From contig NC_081392.1 in NCBI RefSeq assembly GCF_030684315.1, positions 620,001 through 684,000 of the forward strand: a stretch of 64,000 nucleotides of DNA, written 5' to 3'. A program made the position numbers and the translations under genes. Below are positions 50,404 to 63,160 of the stretch, piece by piece. Source of the DNA: Stegostoma tigrinum (lineage: Eukaryota). The first letter of the stretch is position 1. Each line of letters begins with the position of its first letter. Below the pieces are notes generated by a model. That model saw nothing but the letters and a program-made list of their open reading frames with translations. It had not been told where the DNA came from and did not search any database.

Positions 50404-51578
50404 CTGTGAAATGATTATATTAAAGTATATTTAGATTCTCTCAAACTTTGTGGATAAACTGTTCAAAAACAAAACAGATTTGAACTTCAGAAGTCTACTT
50501 TTAGCATCAATTTGTAAAAAAAAGTCAGGTCAACTTTTGGGAAATACCTCTAGGCCGACTTCCCTATGACAAGTTTATGTCAACAAGGCGGGGGGTCTCT
50601 GACACAGTGGTAGAGTCTGTACCACTGAACCAAGATACCAACATCCCATTTATTTCAGAGCTGAGTAATAACGTCTCTGAAACGTGATGATTAGAGAACA
50701 TCTACTGCAACAGCACATCATATTTAATTTTGAACACACTGCTTGCTTTGGGGATCTTTGAACTAAAGCAACTTGTACCCAAAAATGTAAAAGAAAGTCT
50801 GAAATGGGAACACTGAAGTGTGCGAATTAAGAGTCATTAACATCTGTGATCCTTCGTAGGAGTAATGTTCAAACTCTTCTCAGAGAAATGAGCTTCATTA
50901 ATGAGGCTAACATTCCTATTGCCAACTAAGAGGGAAAGTTGAAATTTGAAGTAGCCTCTTTTAAAGGGGAGGTATTCAAAATTGAGATCAAGTATGAATT
51001 TTAAGTGCAAGATCTTGAAGCAGTATTGATTTTTCCTCAACTATTACTCATTCATAAAACAAGATCAGCAAAAATAAAATGACATGATTATTTAAAATCT
51101 CCCGGCACAAAAGGAGACATTCAGCCCAATGAATATTCTCTGCAGAGAAACCAACTAATTCCAGTCCACTTTTCAAATAAATTTATTTCCTTCAAATGCT
51201 TCAACCTCCTTTTGAAATTATTGGCCTTCCCCATTTCCACTATAGTTTTCTGTATTACCAGACCACTACTTCATTCTGAATCATACACAGCCACACACTT
51301 CACTGCCCCTACCCTATCCTGATTATTTTAATATTAGCTCATGGAAACAGATTTTCTTTACTTGCCTTTTCAAAATCTGTAATAATTTTGTCCTACTCTG
51401 TCAAATCTCTACACACTCTCCTTTTCTTCAAGGAGAAAGGTTTCTTCTTGAACTTATTAGATAAAATCTTTCATCACTAGAACTACCATGGACTATCTCC
51501 CCTGCATCTTTTAAAGGATCCTCCCAGACTTTCTAAAATGTGTTGTCCAGGTACAGGTAAAACTAGTCAGAAACTCAC

Positions 51579-51599
51579 CTTTACTAACACCACAGGCTC
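51579..51599 (-). CDS. TRBC: TRBC exon 2 (hinge, 21 nt, GACGVSK)
   Basis: TTTTTTCTTTTAG|GAGCCTGTGGTGTTAGTAAAG|GTGAGT, phase 1-1. Contains the interchain-disulfide Cys (compare mammalian ADCG). Confidence 0.93.
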
Positions 51600-51871
51600 C
51601 TAAAAGAAAAAAGACACACAAGCATTTAACATCGCAATACTTTATGGGTCAATTAAGTAGATGTAGATAGGCAAAATTGTAAGTCCCAATGCCTTATCAA
51701 ATCATTAAGTCTTTTAAGTGAACCTCTAATTTGATATTTACTATGACAATTGTAACCCAGGCTACATTTTTCTTGAATTATCTATTGAATTGTTTTTAAT
51801 TGAATGTCTGGAACTATACAAATTCTTTGTAACTCACAGAAGATGATGATGAATTTCACTCAAGTACCTAC

Positions 51872-52213
51872 CAATGCTGATGGTTATATTTGCACTGTGT
51901 GTCTGTTCCTTTTTTGAAGTGTAATGATTCACTTTGCACTCAATAGTTTGAGGCTCGACCAAATCAGCAGCTTGCAATCGTAACCGACTGCTGATGCTGT
52001 AGGATTTTTTCCCATCCTCTGGCTTGGAATTGAGGTCAGTCAGAATCTCTGCATCATTGTCCAGCAAAGGCTTGTTATTAATGATCCAGGTGATCTTGAT
52101 ATTGTCTGGGTAGAAGTTAGATATTAGGCAAACCACAGTTGCCTTCCCCTTCTCATTAATCTCTTCTGGAGAGGGCAGAAACATAGTGATTCTAGGATCT
52201 TTAACAGCGCCTT
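51872..52213 (-). CDS. TRBC: TCR beta constant region exon 1 (Ig C1 domain)
   Basis: Acceptor CCCTCACAG|AAGGC at 52214/52213 and donor G|GTAGGT at 51872/51871. Translation (E)GAVKDPRITMFLPSPEEINEKGKATVVCLISNFYPDNIKITW...SYSISSRLRL...IECKVNHY... has TCR-beta hallmarks (PSxEEI, ATxVCL, FYPD, YSISSRLR). Confidence 0.96.
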
Positions 52214-55200
52214 CTGTGAGGGAATTAAATAAAAATTACTACAAAGAACATGGATGAAGATGAAATTGTTATGTGAATTTTAAGAAATAGACCTTTCGAT
52301 CTTACCCAGAATTGTTAAATCCTTTGCAACTTTCAAATGAAGCTTATTAATGTTAACTATTATGAAAAAATTATCTAATCATATTAGAAACAGGAACATT
52401 TTAAGTGAATTATCCAGGGATAGCAAAAGATGATAATCAGAATATTTTCTTGATCCAGTTCTTTCTGTCTCTTGCCTATGAGTTTTCCTATTAATCTGAA
52501 AATTTTTAACTAACTTCTGATCCAAAATGATATCTTATTTTTCTTATTTACTGGACTCTCATTCACTATATTTCATTGTCCAAGGAACTTACAAATACCA
52601 CTTTTGTCTGTTACTTGAAATGTGACCTTAAATATAATACAACCAGCCATGGAATGATACAGCAATGAGGGAAGATATTAGACAAATTGGTGAGCTGTGG
52701 CATAGTGGTAGTGACTGGACCAACAGATTAATGTCCTGGATGGAATTTGAACTCAGCTAATAACACTGGAAGACAAATCCATTTCAGAAGTAACGACCAT
52801 GAGACTATCATTGATTGCTGTGGGAAGAGAAGACAATGACTTCTCAGGATAGATACCTGCTATCTTTATCTAGGCTGGTCTACATGAGACTTCAGACCCA
52901 TTGCAATGTGTTTTCATCTTAGGTTAATTCTCTGAAATGATTTAACCAGCCATTCATTTTGATAGGCAATTTGAGACAAACATAGAATACAGAATTAGAC
53001 TAAAGAAAAGTAAAGAACATGATTCATTTTTGGTAAGATATTGAAATAATCACCACTCTACTGTCCTGAAAAGCCCCGCAAATGAAATTCAATCAAATGT
53101 CCATAACTTCTTTTATGGAGTTTACTTTTTCTTTATTTGTTTTGGTATGCAAGCTTCATTGACAATACCAAAAATACTACTCACCTCAAATTGCTCTCAG
53201 ATGATTGAGAGTGGCTGCCAACCATTTTAAAGGACAGGTGCCAGCCAATCACATTGGTGTTAGACTGAAGTCAGAATAATTTAGACAGTGTACACATTTC
53301 AGATGCCCTTCCCTAAAGGACTGAATTGAGCAAAGTGTGTTATGAAGACAATCCTAAACTTTCAAGGTCATCATTGCTAAGTGGGACTCATATTTAATTC
53401 CAGAATTGCAACTTATTTCATTTTAAATTTCTCAGATACTGCCACGGGACCTAAAACCTTGTCTCTGAACATTTGGCCTGGCACTTCTATTTGTCCACAA
53501 CTAAAGTTTGAATTTGGTCAGAATAATTGCACTGGGATCTTCCCCCTCAGATTTGCATTTCTGTTCTATGGCTGCAACTAGTATTTCTTTGAAATTTGCT
53601 CATGGGGATGTGGGTATTGCTGCCTGGGCCACAGAAGCAGGTAAGAGTCAAACACATTGGAATGGGCCTGGAATTACATGTACACCAGACCAGGATAAAG
53701 ATGACGACCTTCCCTAAAAGGCAATACTGAACCAGATGGGTTTTTACGACAATCAGCAATAGTGGGCAATAGGCTAGCTTTTAGTTTAAGGTTTGGTCCT
53801 TACATGAATAAGGATGTAATTCGATGGCGGCAGTTCAGATAAAGTTCATTTCAGAAATAAAAGGCTTGTCTTACGAGGAGAGATTGAATAGTTTGTGCCT
53901 ACACTCGCTGGAGTTCAGAGGAATTAGATGGGATCTAGTTGAGCTACATAAAATACTCAGGAGGTATAGACAAACTCGATGCAAAGTAATTGTTTCCCTT
54001 TGTGGGAAAATCTGGAATGAGAAGTCATGGATTTAGGCCACAGGATAGCTGTATAAAATAGTGATGAGACAGAATTTCTTCTCTCGTAGGATCATGAATC
54101 TGTGGAATTCACGATCCTAGAGTAAGGAAAACACTAGGACAGTAAACAAATTTAAGAGGGGAAGAGATAGACATATTTTAAATAGTAACAGGTTAAAGGG
54201 CTATGGAGTGCAGGCAGAAAAGTTGAGTTGAGGCCGAGATTAGCTCAGCATACTTATGTTAAATGGCGAGGCAGACTCAAGGGCCTGAACTGCCACTTCC
54301 TAGTTCTTCTGATCGTATGTTCTTATCGAGTTCAAATGCCATAATTTGCCATGGTATTCTAAATATTTGTTAGTGTTACTGCTTACTTATGTCAACACTT
54401 TATTATTGAGAGCATTATAATTGTATCAACAACTTCAATTTCTATTTCACAGTCTCTGCTTTGAAGAGAATGATCCTAGTTTCTTTCATACTTTTACAAA
54501 ATGGAAGCCTCTGCACTCTGGACTCATTCTAGTAACCAGCTAGATACCTCCTGCATGGCCACGACACCTTACCTAAATTGAGGTGACCAGGAATTTGACA
54601 TTATGCTGAGGAGAGGTGTAAACCATGCTTTGAGGGGCAAATACATCCGCATTTAGCTTGCGCTGTTCATGAAATAAAGATTTCACAAGGACGTCAGCAG
54701 TAGGCCATGTCGAGCAACAACTTAATACTGGGTCAGAGATATTTTGTACACCTTACCAAAGCCTTGGCCATATGATGTTTATCAATACGAAAAGAGAGTT
54801 AGATAAATCGAGATAGAGACCCAATAGACAGGCATGGAAAAGTTAATGGAAGGAATCCCAGAGTTCAGGTCCCAAATTTTTGAACATAAAGCTCCAAAAG
54901 TAGGATACATAGAGAAGGAAATGCACGAGAGACCAGAATTAGAGATCACACAGATTGTATGTTCTTATTATTACTGATCCTCCTTGCATTTGAAACACTT
55001 CATGATTTTGAACACTTCCATTAAATCTCTCATTTAGCAGCCTCTGTCCTAAGGAAAACAATCTCAACCTCTCCCGAGTGTCCACGTAATTAAAATCTTT
55101 TGAATATATCTCCCATTAACATTTTTAGCCATAAGGAGATCCTAAGTATCCATTCATCCTTGGTAAAACTCTGGTATTTTAATGAAATGATGGAACAAAT

Positions 55201-55739
55201 TCCGGTGATGAGTGATTACTTCCTGGCCTTATATTGTTTATTCTGGTTCATTAGAAAGGACTTCCTTGGGTTTGTTTGTTACTTTTCAAAAGCCGCTGAT
55301 TAAGGGTTATGGCTGTTATCAACTTAATAAGCATGAATTTGGTTTGATTTGTTTTATTGTTGTCACATGTACCAAGATAGAGTGAAAAGTATTGTATTAC
55401 ATAAGGGATGATTCGTCTGATAATAGAGTAAAGGGTAATAGAGAATAGGGTAATAGAGCAGAATGCAAAACATAGTGTTAAAGCTACAGACAAGGTGTGG
55501 AAAAAGATCAACTCTAATTAAAATGAGATGTCCATTCGTAAATCTAACAACAGCAGGGAAGCAGGTGTTCTTAAATTTCAAATTCATGGGTTTGCTATTT
55601 GAAATAATCATGGCAAGTTAAGAATTGTCTTTCTGTTGCTCCTCCTATCACCCTAACAGCTATTTCGACCAGGAGATCTGCTGTCTTATATGACCCTATT
55701 GATACTTTGGTAAAAATGTATATTTTCAGATTGGTCATC

Positions 55740-57530
55740 AGAAGAGTCATAGAGTTATACAATTCTGAAACAGACACTTTGGCCCAAATTTTTCCAAGCT
55801 GGCCACGTATCCTCAACTAACAAGTCCAATTTGTCAGCAATCGCTTCATATCCCTCTATTCTTTTCCTATCCACATACTTGTCCAATTATCTTTTAAATA
55901 TTGTAATTGTACTCACCTCTACCATTTCCCCTGGCAGCTGTCTTCTATATATGCACCACCCTTTTTTGTGTGAAAAAGTTGCCCCTCAGTTCCATTTTAA
56001 ATCTGTCTCCTCTCACCTTAAAACTGTGCTCTTCATTTTTGGACTCCCATACTCTGGGGAAAAGATCTTGGATACTCAACTTATCTATGCCCCTCATGAT
56101 TTTATAAACTTCTAAAATGTCACCCCTTGGCATCTTATGCTCCAGGAGCATAAGTCCCAGTCTATCCCTATAATGCAAACCTTCCAGTATCAGCAACATC
56201 CTTGTAAATCTTTCTTGCTCCCTTTCCAGTTTAATATTATTCTTCCTGTGGCAGGGTGATCAGAATTGTACACAATACTCCAAATGTGGCCATACCAATG
56301 TTTCACACAGCTTTAACATGACATCCCGACTCCTGTACTTAGTGCTCCGCACTATGAAGGCAAACGTGCCAAACGCCTTCTTCAACACCATTTGCAAGGA
56401 ACTAGGTATCTGCACCTCTAGGTTTCCCTTTTCAATAACTCTGGGTCCCTACCATTAACTGTGTAGGTCTGCCCTAGTTTGTCTTACCAAAATACAATAC
56501 CTCACATTTATTTAAATCGAACTCCATCTACCATTCCTCGACCCAGTTGATTATGACCACGTTGAACGCTTTGATAACCTTCTTTGCTGTCCACTACACC
56601 ATCAATTTTATTGTAATCTGCAAACTCCTTTAATCATGCCTCCTATTTTCTCATCCAAATCATTCATATGAGTAACAAACAACATGATCCTTGCAGCACA
56701 CTGCTGGTCAAAGATCTTCAGTCTTGTAAAAAAAAAACCTCTACCACCACCTTTGTGTCTCCTACCATCAAGCCAATTTTGTACCCAATTGGCTAGACCT
56801 ATCCAGATCCCGTGTAATTTAATCTTACTAATGAATCTACCATGCAGAACTTTGATGAAGGCCATGCTAATATCCATGTAGACAGCAACTACAGCTCTGC
56901 CTTTGTCTATTCTCTTTGTCACCTCTTCAAAAAAACTCAATCAAGTTTGTGAGGTTCAAATTCCTACGCAGAAAGCCACGCTGACTATCACTAATCAATC
57001 CACATCTTTCCGAATGCATGTATGTCCTGTAAATCAGAATCCCTCCCACAACTTACTCACTACTGATGTCAGGTTGGCCAGTTTGTAGGTCTCCAGATTT
57101 TCCTTGCAAACTTTCTTAAATAATGGCACAACATTAGCCACTTTCCAGCACCCCACCCATGGTTATTGATGATACAAGTACCTCTGCTAGGAGCCCCACA
57201 ATTACTTCCCTAGTTTCCCATAATTTCTTGGGACACACCTGATCAGCCCCAAGGATTTATCTGAGCAAGGGTCACGGGACCCAAAACATTAACTCTGTTT
57301 TCTCCTCCACAGATGCTGCCAGATCTGCTGACCTTTTCCAGCAACTTTGTTTTTGTTCCCAATGATTTATTTATCTTTATGTTTTTTATGGCCTCCAGGG
57401 ACTCATCTTTTGTAATATGCATTATTTTCAAGAGATCACTATCAATTTGCTCGCATTCCCTTGTTTTGATTTCCTTCTCCATAGTAAATACTGATATGAA
57501 ATACTCATTTAGGATTTCACCCATCTCCTT
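55740..57530 (-). mobile_element. CR1 LINE fragment in the J-C intron, with a Penelope short insert at 57265-57360
   Basis: MGEILNEYF, FFEEVTKRID and FFTQ motifs. Confidence 0.85.
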
Positions 57531-58000
57531 AGTTACTCTTTTGTCCTCAATACATCCTACTTAGTTTATACTTGCAATAATTCACAGTGTATTTCTACCA
57601 ATAGTTGCAGGAAAATTTTGCCTCCTGAATGATGTATATGGTGAGATTTTTCAATTCAACAAGATGCCAGATTAAAAATGCAGCAAAGTTCTCCTGATAA
57701 ATAAAAGGTGTATGTGTGTGTCTCCCTCTGTGTTAGTCATGAAAGGGTAGAGTCTTGCATTGAATAGCATTTAATAGATTGATTGTGAGCAGTAGGAATT
57801 TCAGCGAATAGACTCACCAGTTTACGGCATCTCCACTTGAGGCTGAATGCAACAATAAATATGCTATTCTCAAAGAAAATCATGATTACAAAGCCAGCTT
57901 TAAACTAAGAGCCAAATGATAAATTGAACCCATGCCGCTGCCCAATGGAGATAACTTAGGAACAATTAAAGTCATGCAATGCTTCTAATCCTTCATCTAT

Positions 58001-58076
58001 CTGCAACTACTAACATGCTCTCGGTGCCAAATGTAATAATTATTTGAGCACAGTGCTACAGGATGATGTTAAAACA
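58001..58076 (-). pseudogene. TRBJ: TRBJ pseudogene (QIIITFGTESMLVVA), donor lost
   Basis: J body 58001-58048 reads FGTE and ends G|ATAGAT instead of G|GT. RSS is CACAGTG (58049-58055) + 12 nt + weak nonamer GTTAAAACA. Confidence 0.72.
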
Positions 58077-59095
58077 GTCAACTATTTAAAATACTGTCTT
58101 CAGAAAAGATTCTTAAATGATAGACTTACATCCTATTAAACTTAATTTAAAGATGGTCAGAAAATACACTACAACATCACATTTTGCATTTCATATAAGG
58201 TATTGAATTTCAATAAATAAGGGATGCTCCACAGCAATCTTGACAGCCAACAGTTAACAACCATACACCTAAGCGTATTGAAATCTTAAAGAGTTGGTCA
58301 AACTAAGTGGATAATGTGGTATGGAAATTTAGGGGCTATTTTCCAGAATTGAGTATCTTGGCAGTTGAGAACATAGCCTCAAAAGGTGGAGAACTCAAAA
58401 TTGAGCAAACTCACCCTGAACAGACAAAGACATGGGGATGGGGGTAATGAGGGAAATTGCAAATTTGGATTGTAGTTCAACTTCAAGAATTCTGGAGGAA
58501 CATCATAACATTGAGTTGAGGAAATGTAAAACTTTCTACAGCAGGGAATACCTGAGATGTAAAACTTCGCACTTAAAATGAAAGCAGATAATGAGAGGAC
58601 ATAGGAATAGAAGGATAGGTTGATAAAGTGAGATAATAAAAAAAACCAGGAGGATGTGCATCTCGAGGATTGTGTTCAGTTTGGCATGACATGTTTCACC
58701 AATTTCTGGAAATGAATAATCCACAAGATCTATAATCCATCTTTGGGGAAGTGAGCAAACATCTTGAAACTTCCTTTTTAACAATGCTCTTAATATCCCC
58801 AAAATAATGGACTCCAGCAGTTAACAGGGCAGATCGCCACCAACTTCTCAAGGACAAGTAGCTCTGGCTGATAAATGTTAATTTTTCCAGAGATCCTTGC
58901 AACAGGCAAACAATCAAAAATGCTCTTTCCATTATTCATATCAAAGTCACATATTAATACTTCCAATGAATTTTAAACTTGATATTGCCGGCCAGAAATA
59001 TTTGTCTTAGAAAAACAGCAGAATGCTTAACTTCCAATTCCCTTACGTATTTGAAAAACAAAAAGCATTGCCACATTTTTTAATTTGCAACTCAC

Positions 59096-59155
59096 CCAAA
59101 ATGGTCAGTTTAGACCCTTCGCGAAAGAAATAAGCATAGTTTCCAGAGCACAGTG
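59096..59155 (-). pseudogene. TRBJ: TRBJ pseudogene/ORF (SGNYAYFFREGSKLTIL) with RSS disrupted by a CR1
   Basis: J body 59096-59148 is open but reads FREG instead of FGXG. Donor G|GTGAG is intact. Heptamer CACAGTG is at 59149-59155, but no nonamer follows at 12 nt because a CR1 starts in the spacer. Confidence 0.88.
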
Positions 59156-59163
59156 TTTCATTC

Positions 59164-59789
59164 ATTTTTAGCTTTCATTATTAGAAGGATTGAGTTCAAG
59201 AGCTGTGAAGTTATGCTCCAACTTTACAAAAGCCCAGTTCGGCCACATCTGGAGTATTGTGTCCAGTTCTGGTCACCTCATTACAGGAAAGATGTGGAAG
59301 CATTGGAAAAGGTGCAGAGGAGATTTACCAGGATGTTACCTGGAATGGAGAGAAGATCTTACAAGGAAAGGTGGAGAGAGCTAAGGCTTTTCTCTTTAGA
59401 ACAATGAAGGATGAGAGGTGACTTCATAGAGGTGTACAAAATGATCAGAGGTATAGATAGAGTAGACAACCAGAGACATTTTCTTAGGGTCGAGGTAGCT
59501 CTAGGGTAGGGGGTAGGGGACATAGTTTTAAGTGAAAGGAGGTAGATATAGGGGAGATGTCAGAGGTAGGATCTTTACTCAAGGAGTGGTAAGGATGTGG
59601 AATGCTTTTCCGGAGAGGGCAGTGGAGTCGGCCTCATTAGGGGCATTTGGGCTATTAGCTAGGCATGTGGATGATAGCGTAAGGTAACAGCGGAGGTTAG
59701 GTAGACCTTAGGTCTTGGTTAAAAGTTTGGCATAACATTGTGGGCCGAAGGGCCTGTACTCTGCTGTATTGTTCTATGTTCAATGTTCT
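59164..59789 (+). mobile_element. 5'-truncated CR1 inserted in a J RSS spacer
   Basis: ORF 59153-59407 contains VRPHLEYCVQFWSPHYRKD; TTCTAT-type tail ends at ~59790. Confidence 0.92.
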
Positions 59790-60084
59790 ATTCTGATTAC
59801 AAAACTGTTTCAGCTTCCAAAAAATTGGGGAATTTTGGATTCATAATAAAATTAACTTTTTGATAGCTCTAAAAACCCATACAGGAAAAAAAGCTTTCTT
59901 TAAAATAGCTTTCCTTTTATATAATTCTACAATCAATGTTGACCCTTCTCTGTCTTTCAGATCTGATCCATGTCCTAAATGCATTGAATGCAAAAGGTAT
60001 TTCAGCAAAGAAATTAATATCTCAACTCTCTTTCGTAGCAATTTTGACAACACACATTTTCCAAGTGAACCCAACATTTGTTAC

Positions 60085-60162
60085 TTGTTACAATCAATTT
60101 AGAGCCACTTCAAAAATAATATTGAGTTCCAGAACACAGTGTGAAACCCTTTTCAGAAAACA
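60085..60162 (-). pseudogene. TRBJ: TRBJ pseudogene with in-frame stop (SGTQYYF*SGSKLIVT) and 12-RSS
   Basis: J body 60085-60134 has TGA at the first Gly of FGXG; donor A|GTAAC. RSS is CACAGTG (60135-60141) + 12 nt + CAGAAAACA (60154-60162). Confidence 0.85.
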
Positions 60163-62609
60163 TTACAAGACAAAGTGTTTTTTTTAGCCAGTCTTGTGAT
60201 TGGCCATTGTTAACTTGAATGATTGTTTATTTCATCTCATTAAGTTAATTTTAATCCACCGCCACATTAAAAAGATAATAATTATAAAGCAGGAAAGGAG
60301 ATCTATCAGTCAATAAATCTTCTAAAGACACAAGCAACTAATTTTACTCAACTGTCTTCTTTCTGCATTGCCTTGTAAATATTTTTCAATAAATCATTTT
60401 TATGCCCAGGTTCCATTAAGCAACATTAAGCACCACAACACATTCCATATCAATTCAATGTCCTCCATGAGAAATGACTCTGCTAGGTCTTTTATCAATT
60501 AGCGCAAAATCAGTATCATTGGTCACTGGCCATTCTGCCATAGTAAGCTTTCTGGTTGTTCATGCAAGATCTTAATTTGTTTTGAAAATGTTGATTAAAC
60601 CCCCCCAGTTGTCCCTTACTGATCTGTAGAGAATTATAGCAAATTTCAGATTCACACAGTGTCTCATGTCTGGCCCCATTTTAGTAAATCAATACTGTTC
60701 CATATCCAAGGCTTGAAAAACAATCTAATGCATTTTGTTCAAAAGTGAACACATTTCTTCAACTGTGACCCAACCACTGATTCCTAAAAGTTGACCAAAA
60801 TTTATTTTCTTAACTCATCTTAAACTCTTAATGAGTGACTTTCTGCACCCTCAACTCTTCCTCCCAGATATTTTGAGTATTTAGGAACATCATTGTCCCT
60901 CCATCACAGTCCTATGTTCTCTTGAAATTGCAATTGTACATACAAGTTAGACAAATCAAACTTTTGTATACTAGGCAATTATCACCTATCAATTTCTGCC
61001 TGGTCATTGAACCCTTTTTAAGAAATAATGGAAATTCCAGAAAGATTTGGGAACCTCACTCCAGCTATCATTAGCATTATTTTCATGTATTGGCAGCAGC
61101 AGTATTAAACTACAGGTGTTGAGTTGATAAGAAATATTTCACCACAGTTTCTTGACACAACCTTACACAGTTGGATCATAAATTCTGAGCCTTTAATTCT
61201 CCAGATACACCTAAATAAAGTCATTTGTTCAATTAACTATTGTATTGCATTCATTCATTCTTCCATATCTACATTTTTCTTTCCATCTGTCGCTTTGCAT
61301 TTCTGGCTGTCCACATTGATCTTCATCTACCGCCACCCAGACTCACCCCAACATTTAGTTATTTTGTTTGCTGCTTCTTTAATGTAACAATTATTTGTCT
61401 TCCTGATTTCCTGATTTCCTCACTTTCTCCCAACTGAAGAGAGCAACTGTTTCACAGTTTCAATGCTTCTTGAGACTAAAAAGCAATAATTTACTCAAGA
61501 CTGTTAACTTATTGCCATCACTAATGTATGATAATTGGGTACTTCCTACTTCTACATCGTCGTGTTACAAAACAAATAATCTAGTGTTCTGCCAATTTGA
61601 ACAGCATCTCCCATTATTATTTGATGTTAGTCTTCTTGAAGTTGACTTCAAACATTTGCAATACCATCTATCCACCTGCAGACCTGTTAACCCTGCTAAT
61701 TCTAGAATATTTTTTCTCAGAATTCTTCATAACTTCTAATTTAATTCTACACTCAAGGTTAATCAGGTAACCTTGATTCCATCACACAAAAAATGTCCAA
61801 CTTGCATAAAACCATTAGGACTGACCCTTCTCCAAAATGTACTGGCTGCATTTTCCCAACCACTCTATACTTAACAACAGTACCAAAATGTAACATAAGT
61901 AAATAGATATACAAATATGCAAGTGATTATACAGATTTCTAGACATGCATAAAAAGGAAACAGAAAGAGAGATTTGTAGCTAGTGGACAAACAGATACAT
62001 AGAGGATCAAACGAATAATGGATATTTGAACATTTATATGCTCACAAACTCATTAAAAATAATCAAATTTATCTCATACCCACAGTACGAAGTATCAGCA
62101 AAACACAGGACTAGATGTTTCTATTAAAATATTTCGCCACTCTCTTTTACAGTCCCTTCCTAATCTATTAAAGATTTTAGATGAAAGGGGATGAATAGAG
62201 TAATAAAAATATCCACAACAGGAACCGGCCCCCCCATCATTCAGGTCCATGTCAATGTCTCCTGCAACTCTCCTTATGCCATTCTACTACAATATGTCTC
62301 CGTTCCTTTCTCCTTCAAGAATGTATCCAGTTTCCACCTTAACTGCACCTTAAATGCATCAATACTGTTCACTTCAAAATGTTTGATAGGATAGCTAGCC
62401 TTAATGTTTACAACAGGTCTTTGGTGAAGCCTCTCCTGAATTTCTGATTGGTTTTATTACCAGTTATTTTATATTTATAGCCTCTGAACATGGTCTCAAC
62501 AGCAAGTCAAAGTTAAACTATTTTGAAACTCCTTTCATCATCTGAAAAAAGCTGTAGGCTTACTCCTCACCTTGCTATTTTCCACAAAGTGAACCCACAT
62601 AGTTGAGTG

Positions 62610-62819
62610 ATAATGGGAATGGCAGATGCTGGAGAATCCAAGATAGCAAAGTGTGGAGCTGGATGAACAGCAGGCCAAGCAGCATCTCAGGAGCACAAAA
62701 GCTGATGTTTCGGGTCTAGACCCTTCATCAGAGAGGGTCTAGGCCCAAAACGTCAGCTTTTGTGCTCCTGAGATGCTGCTTGGCCTGCTGTGTTCATCCA
62801 GCTCCGCACTTTGTTATCT
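62610..62819. mobile_element. Palindromic Penelope-derived short element with target-site duplication
   Basis: ~85-bp inverted arms (62641-62819). Flanking direct repeat CACATAGTTGAGTG at 62596-62609 and 62820-62833. Minus-strand core CTGATGAAGGGTCTAGACCCGAAA at 62708-62731. Confidence 0.85.
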
Positions 62820-62834
62820 CACATAGTTGAGTGT

Positions 62835-63160
62835 TTTTTTTAAATTCATGCACAGTTTGAGGGCATCACCAGATAGGACAGTATTTATTGTCCATTCCTA
62901 ATTACCTCGAGGGCATTAAGAGTCAATCACATTATTATGGAGTCACATGTAGGCCAGCCCAGGTAAAGGGCATTAGTGAACCAGACGGGTTTTTCCTGAC
63001 AATTGACAATGGACTCATGGTCACCATGAAATTCATAAAGCAGAGTTTTATTAAAATCATATTCCACCATCTGACATGGTGGGATTCCAATGCATGTCCC
63101 CAGAACATCACCTGGGTTCTCTAGATTAATAGTCCAGCAATAATCCCACTGGGGCATCAT
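62835..63160 (-). mobile_element. Bipartite SINE (tRNA-like head + LINE 5' UTR + LINE 3' tail); other copies at ~35320-35660, 52695-52980, 53125-53480, 53585-53790
   Basis: Shares GAGTCACATGTAGGCCA...CATTAGTGAACCAGA..GGGTTTTT with 17340-17620 and its tail with 2700-2800. Confidence 0.7.

Noticed and set aside
52301-52350. J-like ending LTILG|GTAAG about 90 nt before the C exon
   Set aside because: No FGXG motif and no RSS.
57583-57612. Isolated CACAGTG heptamer
   Set aside because: No nonamer at 12 or 23 nt and no adjacent J, D or V coding sequence.
57811-57860. 25-nt micro-exon-like segment (TTCAG|...|GTGAGT) in the J-C intron
   Set aside because: Frame-shifting length, stop codon in J phase, no RSS; cannot be supported without transcripts.
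60600-60661. GGGACAACTGGGGGGG on the minus strand, resembling a D-beta core, with a nearby CACAGTG
   Set aside because: No abutting heptamers and no correctly spaced 12/23 nonamers; the context looks like a decayed CR1. No D segment is supported in this window.
62041-62105. CACAGTA...AGCAAAACA with a GTGAG donor 35 nt away
   Set aside because: The spacer is only 9 nt and there is no J-like coding sequence.
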